This document shows positions 7,621-17,950 of a stretch of 49,071 nucleotides of DNA, in pieces. Location: the sequence record SRR31156797_8627; one strand, given 5' to 3'. The translations under genes were made by a program, and so were the position numbers. Under the pieces are notes generated by a model, which was given only the letters and a program-made list of their open reading frames with translations, searched no databases and was not told the DNA's origin. The number at the start of each line of letters is the position of its first letter. The stretch's first letter is position 1.

Positions 7621-10611
7621 TTATTCCGCAATACACTCACGCAACAGGCAATACTCTTCACTTCCCTTAGCCGGAAGGATCACTCCCTGTGAACTGCGGC
7701 CATCAACTTTGAGTATTACCGGAGCAGGCAACCGCAAGTGGCTTATAAATTCGCCCTTTTCAATTGTAGGCTGGTTTTGGAACCAGTCCCAATTCATGAA
7801 ATCCCCGGGTTTATCCAATACCATCAGATAATTAATACCAAGCGTAGTAATGTTATGGAAGAAATGCGATCCCTGCGAAGGTTCGACTTTGAGTTCTTCA
7901 CAAGAAGTTTCAATGATTGCAGAAACATTTGAAATGTCAGGCCATTCAACCGGAATACCCAGCCAATGATCCGCAGACCCCCAGCGTCCGGGTCCGGCCA
8001 GCAGGTATTTACGATCCTGCTTGATAAGACGGCTGTTTATGGCGGAAATTTCCATTGCGATCTGTCTGGTTTTGGATACATCAAAAGAGTCGGGCCGTAC
8101 AATAAGAAGATCAACAATATCATCCTTTTCAGCATTACCTAAGGCATGACTGGAAACACAAACAGCATCCTTAAGTTCCTGATCGGAAATATCAATACGG
8201 TTAAGGTCAGCCCGTGCACTCATAGGCCGAAGCTGCAAAAGGTTGAATTCAGGTTTACGTCCATCTTCAAATATATTGATGCAGAACTCCATCTCCACCG
8301 GACCGCCCATACCGTTCTCAGCCAACTTAAGCACATCGGTTAACACTCCCGGAAGCGGAAGAAGCTTATGCTTCAAAACCGGGGCAAAGAGAACAACCTT
8401 AGGACCGGGAATAGCTGCGGTATCTCTAATTCTACCCTCTTCCGCCAGATAGGTGGAAGCCAGTCTACGCACCGGGACTGAATCCTCAAAATCAGCTATA
8501 TCCAGCTTCTCAAGATTAGCATCTCCATGAATATCGTAAACCTCGCCGTTGCCCATGCGCAGTCCGTAAAAGGAAGTCTGGGCATTTTTAAGTGAATCCT
8601 GCAAAGTCGGACATTGAGGCAGTATCTTTGGATACTTGGGCGAAAAACGTATACATTGCTCACCATCTACAACAGATTTACCTATACCGAGAGCAATAGT
8701 CGCCACCCCGTGCTCCGGCTTCATCTTGCCAAAGGGGTAATAGTTGTAAGACTGTCCCACCCCGGAGATAGCAGGAAAGTAGTAATCCCCATACTGCTGT
8801 CCGGCCACTTCCTGAATGATGACCGCCATCTTTTCCTCATCCGTGCGCTGATTCACCCGCTGGGAAAAAGACTTCGGAGCCTTATAATATGTAGAAGCCC
8901 AGACCAGCTTGATAGCATCAACAAGCTGCTTCAAACGCTGCTCAATATCCGAATGGTCATTAGGAATCATGTAAGTCTGATACAAACCTGCGTAAGCCTG
9001 ATACTGGGCATCCTCCAACAGACTGGAGGAACGGATGGAGAGCGGATATTTAACTTCCTTCAAATATGCCCAGAGCTGGGCCTCAATCCAGCCGGGAAAG
9101 AAAGCCTCACTGAAAATCTCAGCCACCTTTTCATCTTCAAGATCCGTGGTGGCGAGATAAGAAAGATCATTCATCTCCATAAAATCATCAAAACCGGAAG
9201 TACCAATGGTCAGTGTCCGCGGTGCGGTGATGACCACATCCTTATACTTATCGCGCAGCCATGAGTTGCGAGCCAGCATTGAACAAATGAAAGCCATGCC
9301 ACGCGCCTTCCCGCCCAGCGATCCGGCACCTATCTTCAAAAAATCTGTATCCGGGTCAAAATCTTTAGGATTAAAGGAAACAATAACCCCCTGCTGGCGC
9401 TGCAAACGCCTCTCCCTAATCAGGGTAAGCATATGTTCGCGATGGGTTTCCACATCTGGAAAATCTTTCTCGCGCAACGGTCTGATTTTATTTGCAAGGG
9501 CTATTTCCGTACGAGCATAAAACCAGCGGGAGAAATCATTAAGCTGGCAATGCTGCATAAAAATATCTTTCGGAATCTTGCGAAGAGTTTTCTCCAGTGA
9601 ATAGAGGCTGGAAGCTCTTGCCACCTCATTATCTTCGAGATCGCGAAAGATGAAATCTCCGAATCCCAGGTGATCCATCACAAACTTACGGACCTCGGAC
9701 ATCAAGTCCGGTGAATTCTTATCCACAAAGCAAGCCGGAACAGCCTCAGCGCGCTCTTTATTTTCCCGCTCATTGCTGGTTAAGAGCAGAGGAATGTCAT
9801 CACGACGTTCTTTAATACTCTTCAGTAATTCAATGCCTGAATTACCGTCCAGAATCCCCATGCGCGGAAATCTAACATCGGAAATTACGCCCAGAATATA
9901 CGGCTCATACTTCTCAAAAACGACCATGGCCTCTTCGTAAGTGCGGGCGGTCAGAATCTTGGGTCTGGCCCTCATGGTCAGCAAACGGTGTTCGGAGTTC
10001 AGTCCTTCCTCAAGTACTGCCTGTGTCTGGCGAACCAGTTCCTTATAAAGAATAGGTAAAAACGAAGCCAGATAGCGCGGAGAATCTTCCACCACAATGA
10101 TAACCCTGATCCCGACCTCAGAAGTATCATGCTCAACATTAAGCAAGTCCTCGAGGTTTTTGACCATGGCTACCAGCAATTCAGCATCGCCGGACCAGAC
10201 AAACTGGCGGTCCGTGCCGTCACAGAAGACCTCATCGCTAACTGCAAGTTGTTTATGGGCCAACATTGCCACCGGAATACCCGGGATTTTATCCTTGATG
10301 CGCCGCCCCATATCACAGCAATCCATATTGGTCAGGTGGGGCATGATGATAACAAGGTCGAAAAAGCGAACATCAAGTAACTCTAAGGCTTCATCAATAT
10401 TAGAAACCCATGTCAGACGCGGAGGGCGGCTCAAATTCAGGCCACGGTATTCACTGACAATACGTTCGGAAATGCGGCTGTCTTCTTCCATGACCCATGC
10501 ATCATACGGGCTGGAAATAAGCAAAATATCCCGGACCTTGACCTGCATCAGGTCATGGTAAAGGCTGAACTTGCGGCTCTGCCCACCCAAAAATCTCATT
10601 TTGTCTTCCAT
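7621..10611 (-). CDS. Receiver-domain + PEP-synthase/PPDK N-terminal (ATP-grasp) protein, gdhA-associated
   Basis: Receiver-like VIIVVEDS...VISDVRFP; PPDK_N motifs GSLGGKARG, RSSSLLED, AGLY, MAVIIQE, EMEF, LQLRP; no PEP/pyruvate TIM-barrel. Confidence 0.85.
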   Translation of the reverse strand: MEDKMRFLGGQSRKFSLYHDLMQVKVRDILLISSPYDAWVMEEDSRISERIVSEYRGLNLSRPPRLTWVSNIDEALELLDVRFFDLVIIMPHLTNMDCCDMGRRIKDKIPGIPVAMLAHKQLAVSDEVFCDGTDRQFVWSGDAELLVAMVKNLEDLLNVEHDTSEVGIRVIIVVEDSPRYLASFLPILYKELVRQTQAVLEEGLNSEHRLLTMRARPKILTARTYEEAMVVFEKYEPYILGVISDVRFPRMGILDGNSGIELLKSIKERRDDIPLLLTSNERENKERAEAVPACFVDKNSPDLMSEVRKFVMDHLGFGDFIFRDLEDNEVARASSLYSLEKTLRKIPKDIFMQHCQLNDFSRWFYARTEIALANKIRPLREKDFPDVETHREHMLTLIRERRLQRQQGVIVSFNPKDFDPDTDFLKIGAGSLGGKARGMAFICSMLARNSWLRDKYKDVVITAPRTLTIGTSGFDDFMEMNDLSYLATTDLEDEKVAEIFSEAFFPGWIEAQLWAYLKEVKYPLSIRSSSLLEDAQYQAYAGLYQTYMIPNDHSDIEQRLKQLVDAIKLVWASTYYKAPKSFSQRVNQRTDEEKMAVIIQEVAGQQYGDYYFPAISGVGQSYNYYPFGKMKPEHGVATIALGIGKSVVDGEQCIRFSPKYPKILPQCPTLQDSLKNAQTSFYGLRMGNGEVYDIHGDANLEKLDIADFEDSVPVRRLASTYLAEEGRIRDTAAIPGPKVVLFAPVLKHKLLPLPGVLTDVLKLAENGMGGPVEMEFCINIFEDGRKPEFNLLQLRPMSARADLNRIDISDQELKDAVCVSSHALGNAEKDDIVDLLIVRPDSFDVSKTRQIAMEISAINSRLIKQDRKYLLAGPGRWGSADHWLGIPVEWPDISNVSAIIETSCEELKVEPSQGSHFFHNITTLGINYLMVLDKPGDFMNWDWFQNQPTIEKGEFISHLRLPAPVILKVDGRSSQGVILPAKGSEEYCLLRECIAE

Positions 10612-10640
10612 ACGATGCCCCGCAACAACTAAATAAATTC

Positions 10641-10675
10641 AAAAAAAAGCGGACAGCGAAATCATCGCAGTCCGC
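10641..10675 (-). terminator. Terminator after gdhA
   Basis: gcggac-agcga/tcgc-agtccgc stem preceded by A8 on the plus strand. Confidence 0.7.
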
Positions 10676-10720
10676 CTTCTTGGTCAGATTCGTTATATTA
10701 CAATATAATATGAAGCTGTT

Positions 10721-12106
<1,386 letters not shown>

Positions 12107-12269
12107 TTAACATCCAAATAAATTTTCAATTCCTTTATTCCACCACTAACCGACTAAGTCCACACATCTTTTTAAAAAATCACAAGAAAAGACCATCTTT
12201 TTTTTGCTAATTTTGTGTTTTTTGATCTATGAATCAAAGCGATTAGAACCCAATTGTAACACAAACAGA

Positions 12270-12299
12270 TTGACAATGAGTAAATACTTACTGTAGAAA
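12270..12299 (+). promoter_or_regulatory. Putative sigma-70 promoter for leader/symporter operon
   Basis: TTGACA (12270-12275), 18 nt spacer, TAGAAA (12294-12299); places +1 at or near the leader ATG. Confidence 0.5.
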
Positions 12300-12306
12300 T
12301 AAAGCC

Positions 12307-12390
12307 ATGAACACCAACAAAGCTCTATTTTTCTTTTTTAACTTTTTTAGCTTTACCAGCCCTGTGGTCTGGAGGTGTTCACTCGCGTAA
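12307..12390 (+). CDS. Phe-rich attenuator leader peptide MNTNKALFFFFNFFSFTSPVVWRCSLA (27 aa)
   Basis: Read directly: 7 Phe codons within 9 codons (12328-12354), followed by antiterminator and terminator hairpins. Confidence 0.8.
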   Translation: MNTNKALFFFFNFFSFTSPVVWRCSLA

Positions 12391-12450
12391 GCGAAGTTGA
12401 AAGAGTTTTCTCCCAGGCCGCAGGCAACAAGCCCGCGGCCTTTTTTATTT
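12361..12450 (+). promoter_or_regulatory. Transcription attenuator (antiterminator + intrinsic terminator)
   Basis: Terminator aggccgcaggc-aacaa-gcccgcggcct-TTTTT (12415-12446); 12361-12372 cctgtggtctgg can pair (12 bp incl. 2 G-U) with 12413-12424 ccaggccgcagg, mutually exclusive with the terminator. Confidence 0.8.
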
Positions 12451-12558
12451 CCTGCCCCGGGTTTCCACAAACCGCCTGCTTCTCCAAAAGACTCTCTCAT
12501 TTCAACTAAACACTACATTTTTACAAATTTAACCAATTTTGAAATCTGGAGGCTTCAA

Positions 12559-12720
12559 ATGATGTTAGGACTTGGAAGCGTAGAGATTGCGGCAGTCTTC
12601 TGGCTCTGTATTCTCTCCTCGCTCGGATGTGTGGTTTATGGAATCCTGAACTGGAATAACAGGGGCAAACCCGATGCCACCGCGCTGAATGTAGACGTTA
12701 AAGGAAAAGGGGATAAGTAA
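12559..12720 (+). CDS. Small single-TM symporter accessory protein (53 aa)
   Basis: GGAGG SD at 12548-12552; MMLGLGSVEIAAVFWLCILSSLGCVVYGILNWN; stop overlaps symporter start (TAATG). Confidence 0.8.
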   Translation: MMLGLGSVEIAAVFWLCILSSLGCVVYGILNWNNRGKPDATALNVDVKGKGDK

Positions 12721-14318
12721 TGGTTACCAAGATCGTCATTACCTGCATCTATCTTTCCGTAATTTTCTACCTCGGCTTTAAAGGCTGGCAATCCACTAAA
12801 AAATCCACCGACTATATGCTCGCCGGACGACAGATGAACCCTTTCATCATGGCTATGTCCTATGGCGCAACATTTGTTTCCACTTCCGCCATCATCGGCT
12901 TTGGCGGGGCTGCAGGCCTGTTCGGATTTCCCCTGCTCTGGTTGACCCTTGCCACTATTGTGGTCGGTGTACTCATTGCCATGGTATTTTTCGGTAAACG
13001 CACCAGACGTATGGGACTGGCTCTCGAAAGCCACACCTTCCCGGAACTGCTGGGTCGCCGATATGATTCCAAATTCATTCAGGGCTTCGCAGGCGGGATT
13101 ATCTTCCTCTTTATCCCGGTCTACGCTGCGGCAGTACTGATCGGTATATCGCGTATGATGGAAATATCCTTCGGTATCCCCTACGACACCGCACTGATCT
13201 TAATCAGCTTCATTCTTGCGGGGTATGTAATTTCCGGCGGCATGAAAGCGGTCATGTACACTGATGCTTTTCAGGGGCTGATCATGGCCATCATGATGAT
13301 CATCCTCATTGTCTCCACATATTCCATGCTTGGAGGCGTAACTGAAGCGCATCAGGCCCTGACCGATATGGTCAACCTCATGCCCGCCAAGCTCCAGAAA
13401 GGAGGCATGATAGGCTGGACTCAGGGCGCAGAATTCGGAACCCCGCTCTGGCTGGTAATTTACACCACCATTGTTTACGGCGTGGGAATCGGAGTTCTGG
13501 CTCAGCCGCAGCTGGCCGTGCGTTTCATGACTGTCCCATCCGACCGCGAACTTAACCGTGCGGTACTCTACGGCGGAATCTTTATCCCGCTCATGACCGG
13601 GGTTGCCTTCCTGACCGGAGCACTTTCCAACGCTGTCTTCTACAAAGCTGTCGGTAAAATATCCATTGCCGTTGCTGGCGGAAACATGGACAAGATCATT
13701 CCAATGTATATTGAACAGATGATGCCGTCATGGTTCTCCGCCCTGTTCCTGCTGGCAATGCTTGCTGCCGGGATGTCTACCCTGTCCTCCCAGTATCACG
13801 TAGGCGGAACCGCGCTTGGCCGTGATTTCTTTGAAAGATTCGTAAATGTTCCGGCGGAAAAATCCGTAAAAATCACCAAAATCGGTGTCGGTATCACCCT
13901 GTTGGCCGCCATTCTCTGGGCATGGATTCTGCCTCCGTCCATCATTGCCCGCGCTACCGCCTTCTTCTTCGGACTCTGCGCAGCATCCTTCCTGCCCATC
14001 TACCTACTGGGACTGTACTGGAAAGACATGACTAAAAAAGCGGCAAAGGTGTCTATGGTAGGCGGGTTCAGCGCCTCCATGTTCTGGCTGCTGTTCGTGC
14101 ACGCCAAGGAAGCCAAGGCCATCGGACTCTGCAAGGCCCTGACTGGAATGGATACTCTCGTATCCTCCGCAGCAAAAGGCTCCTGGGTCTGGCTGCTGCA
14201 ATGGGTTGACCCCAACGTGGTTGCCCTGCCAGTCTCAATGGCACTCGCCATCGGGGTAGCGATGATCACGCCGAAAATGAACAAAGAACATTTGAAGCTT
14301 TGCTGGGCTAATATGTAA
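12720..14318 (+). CDS. Sodium:solute symporter (SSS, PutP/PanF-like)
   Basis: DYMLAGR, SYGATFVSTSAIIGFGG, GGMKAVMYTD, QPQLAVRF, AAGMSTLSS; many TM helices. Confidence 0.93.
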   Translation: MVTKIVITCIYLSVIFYLGFKGWQSTKKSTDYMLAGRQMNPFIMAMSYGATFVSTSAIIGFGGAAGLFGFPLLWLTLATIVVGVLIAMVFFGKRTRRMGLALESHTFPELLGRRYDSKFIQGFAGGIIFLFIPVYAAAVLIGISRMMEISFGIPYDTALILISFILAGYVISGGMKAVMYTDAFQGLIMAIMMIILIVSTYSMLGGVTEAHQALTDMVNLMPAKLQKGGMIGWTQGAEFGTPLWLVIYTTIVYGVGIGVLAQPQLAVRFMTVPSDRELNRAVLYGGIFIPLMTGVAFLTGALSNAVFYKAVGKISIAVAGGNMDKIIPMYIEQMMPSWFSALFLLAMLAAGMSTLSSQYHVGGTALGRDFFERFVNVPAEKSVKITKIGVGITLLAAILWAWILPPSIIARATAFFFGLCAASFLPIYLLGLYWKDMTKKAAKVSMVGGFSASMFWLLFVHAKEAKAIGLCKALTGMDTLVSSAAKGSWVWLLQWVDPNVVALPVSMALAIGVAMITPKMNKEHLKLCWANM

Positions 14319-14321
14319 TCC

Positions 14322-14359
14322 AAAAGGGCTGGAACAAAAATGTTCCAGCCCTTCTTTTT
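14322..14359 (+). terminator. Terminator after symporter
   Basis: aagggctggaaca/tgttccagccctt stem followed by T-rich tail. Confidence 0.85.
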
Positions 14360-14424
14360 GATGCTTGACCTGTCTATAGCTTAATAGTTCATGTTACTCT
14401 CTCAAACACAAAATAGGAGGAAAC

Positions 14425-15303
14425 ATGTCTAAGACTAGACTGGCTATATTAATTTCAATTCTTTTACTCATGCTTTCGACACCCGGCTTTGCCGAGTCCA
14501 TGAGCATTCCTTTCAAAAATTCATCCCTTCATTACACTGACACAGGTAAGGGCAACGCCACCCTTGTGCTGATCCATGGCTGGTCCTGCGATACAAGTTT
14601 CTGGAAGCCCCAGATAGAAGCCCTATCCAGAGACATGCGCGTCATCGCCATTGATCTACCCGGACACGGGAAAAGCGGTCAGGTCAAGGAACCATATACA
14701 CAGAAACTGTTCGCCGAAGCTGTTGCAACAATCATGGACTCTACCGGGGTAAAATCCGCCACACTGTGCGGCCATAGCATGGGGGCATCTGTTATCCGCT
14801 GGGTTGCCCATCTATATCCGGAAAAGGTGAATAGCCTGATAATCGTTGACGGTGCCCTACTTCCTTATCCGAAAACAGAAACTGAGTTGGAATTCTGGCA
14901 CAAGGAGTTTGAGCAAGGTTTTCGCCAAGGGTTCATCGGCCCGGACTCGGAAGGATTTACACATGATTTCATTGATTCGCTGCACGGTAAGATGACGCCT
15001 GATGACCTGAAAATCCAAGTAAAACAGAAGATGATGGCTACACCTGAGAAAGTTCGCACCTCATCCATGACCAATTTTCTGGTCAAGGAAACTTGGAATC
15101 TGCCGCAACAGGAACTACCGACTATGGCAGTTTATGCCATGTCCAAAGACTTTCCGCCCGATATGGACGAGATGCTGGAATCCATGTTTAAAAGAGTCGA
15201 GTATACCCTCTTCTACGGCCCCGGCCATTTCCTGATGCTTGAACGACCGCAAGAGGTAAATTGCATGATTCGGGGATTTATAGAGCGACACGGGCTGCTT
15301 TAG
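14425..15303 (+). CDS. Secreted alpha/beta fold hydrolase
   Basis: Signal peptide, LIHGW, DLPGHG, GHSMG nucleophile elbow, GHF catalytic His; AGGAGG SD. Confidence 0.9.
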   Translation: MSKTRLAILISILLLMLSTPGFAESMSIPFKNSSLHYTDTGKGNATLVLIHGWSCDTSFWKPQIEALSRDMRVIAIDLPGHGKSGQVKEPYTQKLFAEAVATIMDSTGVKSATLCGHSMGASVIRWVAHLYPEKVNSLIIVDGALLPYPKTETELEFWHKEFEQGFRQGFIGPDSEGFTHDFIDSLHGKMTPDDLKIQVKQKMMATPEKVRTSSMTNFLVKETWNLPQQELPTMAVYAMSKDFPPDMDEMLESMFKRVEYTLFYGPGHFLMLERPQEVNCMIRGFIERHGLL

Positions 15304-15321
15304 ATTAGTTCTTAAGTTTGC

Positions 15322-15363
15322 AAAAAAGACAGGCCGCAGCGTTGAACGTTGCGGCCTGTTTTA
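15322..15363. terminator. Bidirectional terminator between convergent genes
   Basis: acaggccgcagcg/cgttgcggcctgt with A6 left and T4 right. Confidence 0.85.
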
Positions 15364-15381
15364 ATTTAGATTTACCCCACC

Positions 15382-15945
15382 TTATTTCTTAGGTGGCAAA
15401 GAACAGGAATCACTACAGCAGGTACCCTGCAGGAATCCGGTGTAGGTATAGAAAATACGTTCAATCTTGGTCCGCTTCTCAGCCGGAAGCGGTTCGCGTT
15501 TGTAGTCAGCAGTCATCTTAAGCAGTTCTTCATAGCTGGGGACGGACTTCATGCCGTGGGCCAATGTTTTCCCGGAAATGGCATCCAGCAGGAAAGCATC
15601 CATGGAATCGGAAATAATAACATAAGGAACAGGTCCGCCCTGAAAAAGCTTACCCGCGCAGACAGCTTCACGCTCATAACTGCCCACATCCCCGGCGCAA
15701 AACATGACCAACATGATCGGAAGACCTTCTTTATCATGGATGACAAGGTCCATGGTGCGACACATTTCCTCACCGTCTATTTCAAAACAAAGATCGATCT
15801 TGGCTTTCAGGGAATCCTTGGGGTAGCCAAACTCTTCCACCAGCAGCTTTGCCAATGCCTGACGAAATTCCTCGTAAGTGGTTTCTTCTATCTCTTCGCC
15901 ACTCAAGTAATCACGCAATGTTCCACCCATACTTACTTCATGCAT
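15382..15945 (-). CDS. Stand-alone type I restriction HsdR N-terminal-like (HSDR_N_2) domain protein
   Basis: EEFRQ..LVEEFGYPK..DLVI pattern; start moved to MHEVS (ATG 15945) with GGAGA SD. Confidence 0.65.
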   Translation of the reverse strand: MHEVSMGGTLRDYLSGEEIEETTYEEFRQALAKLLVEEFGYPKDSLKAKIDLCFEIDGEEMCRTMDLVIHDKEGLPIMLVMFCAGDVGSYEREAVCAGKLFQGGPVPYVIISDSMDAFLLDAISGKTLAHGMKSVPSYEELLKMTADYKREPLPAEKRTKIERIFYTYTGFLQGTCCSDSCSLPPKK

Positions 15946-15949
15946 ATTA

Positions 15950-16055
15950 TGTCTCCGGCGGGCCCTGCGGGGCTTATTTTGATGCGCTTCGCGCTTTTGA
16001 TATATGATTTCGCCTCCAGCGGCCAAAGGTGCTAAGCCCCTTTGGAATCCCTATC
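15950..16055. repeat. Short GC-rich palindromic element, probably a genome-dispersed REP-like repeat
   Basis: Hairpins gcgc-ttc-gcgc and ccaaagg-tgctaagcc-cctttgg; near-direct repeat ctccggcgggcc (15953) / ctccagcggcc (16014); only one copy in this window. Confidence 0.45.
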
Positions 16056-16167
16056 GGCTTAAGCAATTATATAAGCATGCTGGGTTGTTGTGCAAGTAGT
16101 CAAAAAAAGAAAAAGCCCTGCCCCTGTAAATAAGGATACAGCTTTGGTGAAAGGAAATGAAAGAGAA

Positions 16168-17679
16168 TTATAGTTCTTCCAGATTAACCCCACTGGTTTC
16201 AATGCGGAAAAGCCAAGTTACAACGGCCCCAAGGATGGAGCAGCCAACCAGAAATGTCAGAATTAATCCGGTACCGAAATCCTTGAGCAAGACCGGAAAA
16301 AAGAATGCCGTGGCTACAGCACCGATCTTGGCAAATGATGCTGCAAAGCCAGCGCCTTTGCCTCTGATTTTAGTGGGAAAAACTTCTCCGGCAAGTAAAT
16401 AAGTAATGGCATTGGGCCCCATGTTGGTCATGAAGCTGAAAAGCATGAATCCACTGAAAAGTAGTGTCATGGACATGGAAGAATTTAAGCCCACAGTCAT
16501 GGACATGGAAGCAAGAAAAAGTCCGACGGCACAACCGATGAACCCGACCACCTGAAGCTTGATACGCCCGACTTTGTCAGCCATAAATACGGCAGCGATG
16601 ATTCCTACCAACAGGAGCACATCAATAAATGCCGCACCCTTGGCGGCCAGCATGTCATTATGAATCAAGTCCGCCACATTGCGTTCATATACGGCCTTGG
16701 CCCCTATAACAGAACCGAGGATAGTCGGTGTGAAAATACCGATTCCGTAAGTTCCCAAATCCTGCAGAAACCATGGAACAGATGCGAGAATTGTGGCCCG
16801 TATATTCTTGCCTTTAAACAAATCGGCATAAGAACCTTTGCCGTTCTTATTCTCGCTGCCAATATCGCTCTCAGCAGGCGGCGCAATCTTGATCACTTTG
16901 GGATAATGAGGTTCGCGGTGCAGCAGACGACGTAACGCCTCCTCAGCTTCACTGATACGCCCCTTGGAAACCAGCCAATGACTGCTGTCCGGAATGTAAA
17001 ACCTACCCGCAATCACAAGAATTGCCGGGATAATTGCCGCTCCGTACATGTAACGCCACGCCGCAAGCTCCGGGGCTTTATAAAGGATGAGGTAGCCGAT
17101 AGCAGTTCCCACAAGGGCACCGATAGCTTGAAACGCGAAGGCACTCAGTACCAACCTGCCGCGATCATTACTTGGGATGGATTCAGAAATAACCATATGC
17201 GCGGTAGGATAGTCACAGCCCAGAGCCAATCCCATACCAAACAAGAAAGTAACCAGAAAAATATAACTGGGACTAAAAACAAGAGCCACCAGACAAGCCA
17301 CAAAAAGAACCATCTCCACTATGAACATTTTCTTGCGACCGTAATGGTCGGCCAGCCCACCAAGCACGGTTGCACCGATCAGTATCCCGAACAAGGTTGC
17401 AGCACTGACCGTTCCTTTTTCCATGGCCCCGAGATTAAATTCGCGGACAATCAGCGGCAGGGCAACGCCGGTCATGAATACGACCATCCCCTCAAAAAAT
17501 TTACCGGCAGAAGCCAAAAACCAGATCCGCCATTGCATGGCCGTCATAGGCGAAGAAGGCGCAACAGTCCCATCCGCCCAATAAGGAGTTTCATCTATAT
17601 AATCCTGCACTGATCTGGCTACCACTTCGCCTGATTCATCCACAACCGCCATTCTTCCATCTCCCCGATAAAAATTCAT
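16168..17679 (-). CDS. MFS transporter (sugar porter-like family)
   Basis: GGLADHYGRK and MADKVGRIK motif A, ISESIP..RG, EVFPTKIRG; AAGGAG SD before ATG 17679. Confidence 0.92.
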   Translation of the reverse strand: MNFYRGDGRMAVVDESGEVVARSVQDYIDETPYWADGTVAPSSPMTAMQWRIWFLASAGKFFEGMVVFMTGVALPLIVREFNLGAMEKGTVSAATLFGILIGATVLGGLADHYGRKKMFIVEMVLFVACLVALVFSPSYIFLVTFLFGMGLALGCDYPTAHMVISESIPSNDRGRLVLSAFAFQAIGALVGTAIGYLILYKAPELAAWRYMYGAAIIPAILVIAGRFYIPDSSHWLVSKGRISEAEEALRRLLHREPHYPKVIKIAPPAESDIGSENKNGKGSYADLFKGKNIRATILASVPWFLQDLGTYGIGIFTPTILGSVIGAKAVYERNVADLIHNDMLAAKGAAFIDVLLLVGIIAAVFMADKVGRIKLQVVGFIGCAVGLFLASMSMTVGLNSSMSMTLLFSGFMLFSFMTNMGPNAITYLLAGEVFPTKIRGKGAGFAASFAKIGAVATAFFFPVLLKDFGTGLILTFLVGCSILGAVVTWLFRIETSGVNLEEL

Positions 17680-17789
17680 ATGTTCTCCTTCAGCTAACAT
17701 AATGGGAGCTTGCTTGTCTTCAAATCAAAGAATTACATAATGGATTATGCAGCGTCATGGCGGGAAAATTACGAAACAACTCACTCTCA

Positions 17790-17877
17790 ATAAAAAAAGA
17801 AGGGAGGACGACCTGCCAATCAAGTCGCCCACCCTTCTCTATCCTTGAAGCAAAACTCCTTGTGAGTCCTGCATCAC
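17790..17877 (-). ncRNA. Candidate ~85-nt small RNA or regulatory leader with three AGGA motifs and strong terminator
   Basis: Promoter upstream, terminator agaagggtgggcgacttg-attgg-caggtcgtcctcccttct-T7 on minus strand. Confidence 0.5.
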
Positions 17878-17882
17878 CGACC

Positions 17883-17911
17883 ATTATAAAATCTTTAGGC
17901 AGCTTTCGCAA
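17883..17911 (-). promoter_or_regulatory. Sigma-70 promoter
   Basis: TTGCGA-17 nt-TATAAT on minus strand. Confidence 0.75.
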
Positions 17912-17950
17912 GCTTGTGAATTCTTCAATTTTTTAATACCTAAACATTCA

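Noticed and set aside
12288-12500. 70-aa minus-strand Lys-rich ORF
   Set aside because: Reverse complement of the Phe leader and attenuator
12397-12558. N-terminal extension of the 107-aa ORF
   Set aside because: Runs through the attenuator terminator; the real start is ATG 12559 with GGAGG
15382-16026. Type I restriction-modification / defence locus
   Set aside because: No hsdM, hsdS or helicase domain in the neighbourhood
17840-17880. Fluoride riboswitch (GGTGATG start)
   Set aside because: Lacks the downstream pseudoknot/CUAAUGAC-type elements, and the downstream gene is not a fluoride exporter
17720-17911. 63-aa minus-strand ORF
   Set aside because: Starts inside the -35 box and crosses a strong terminator
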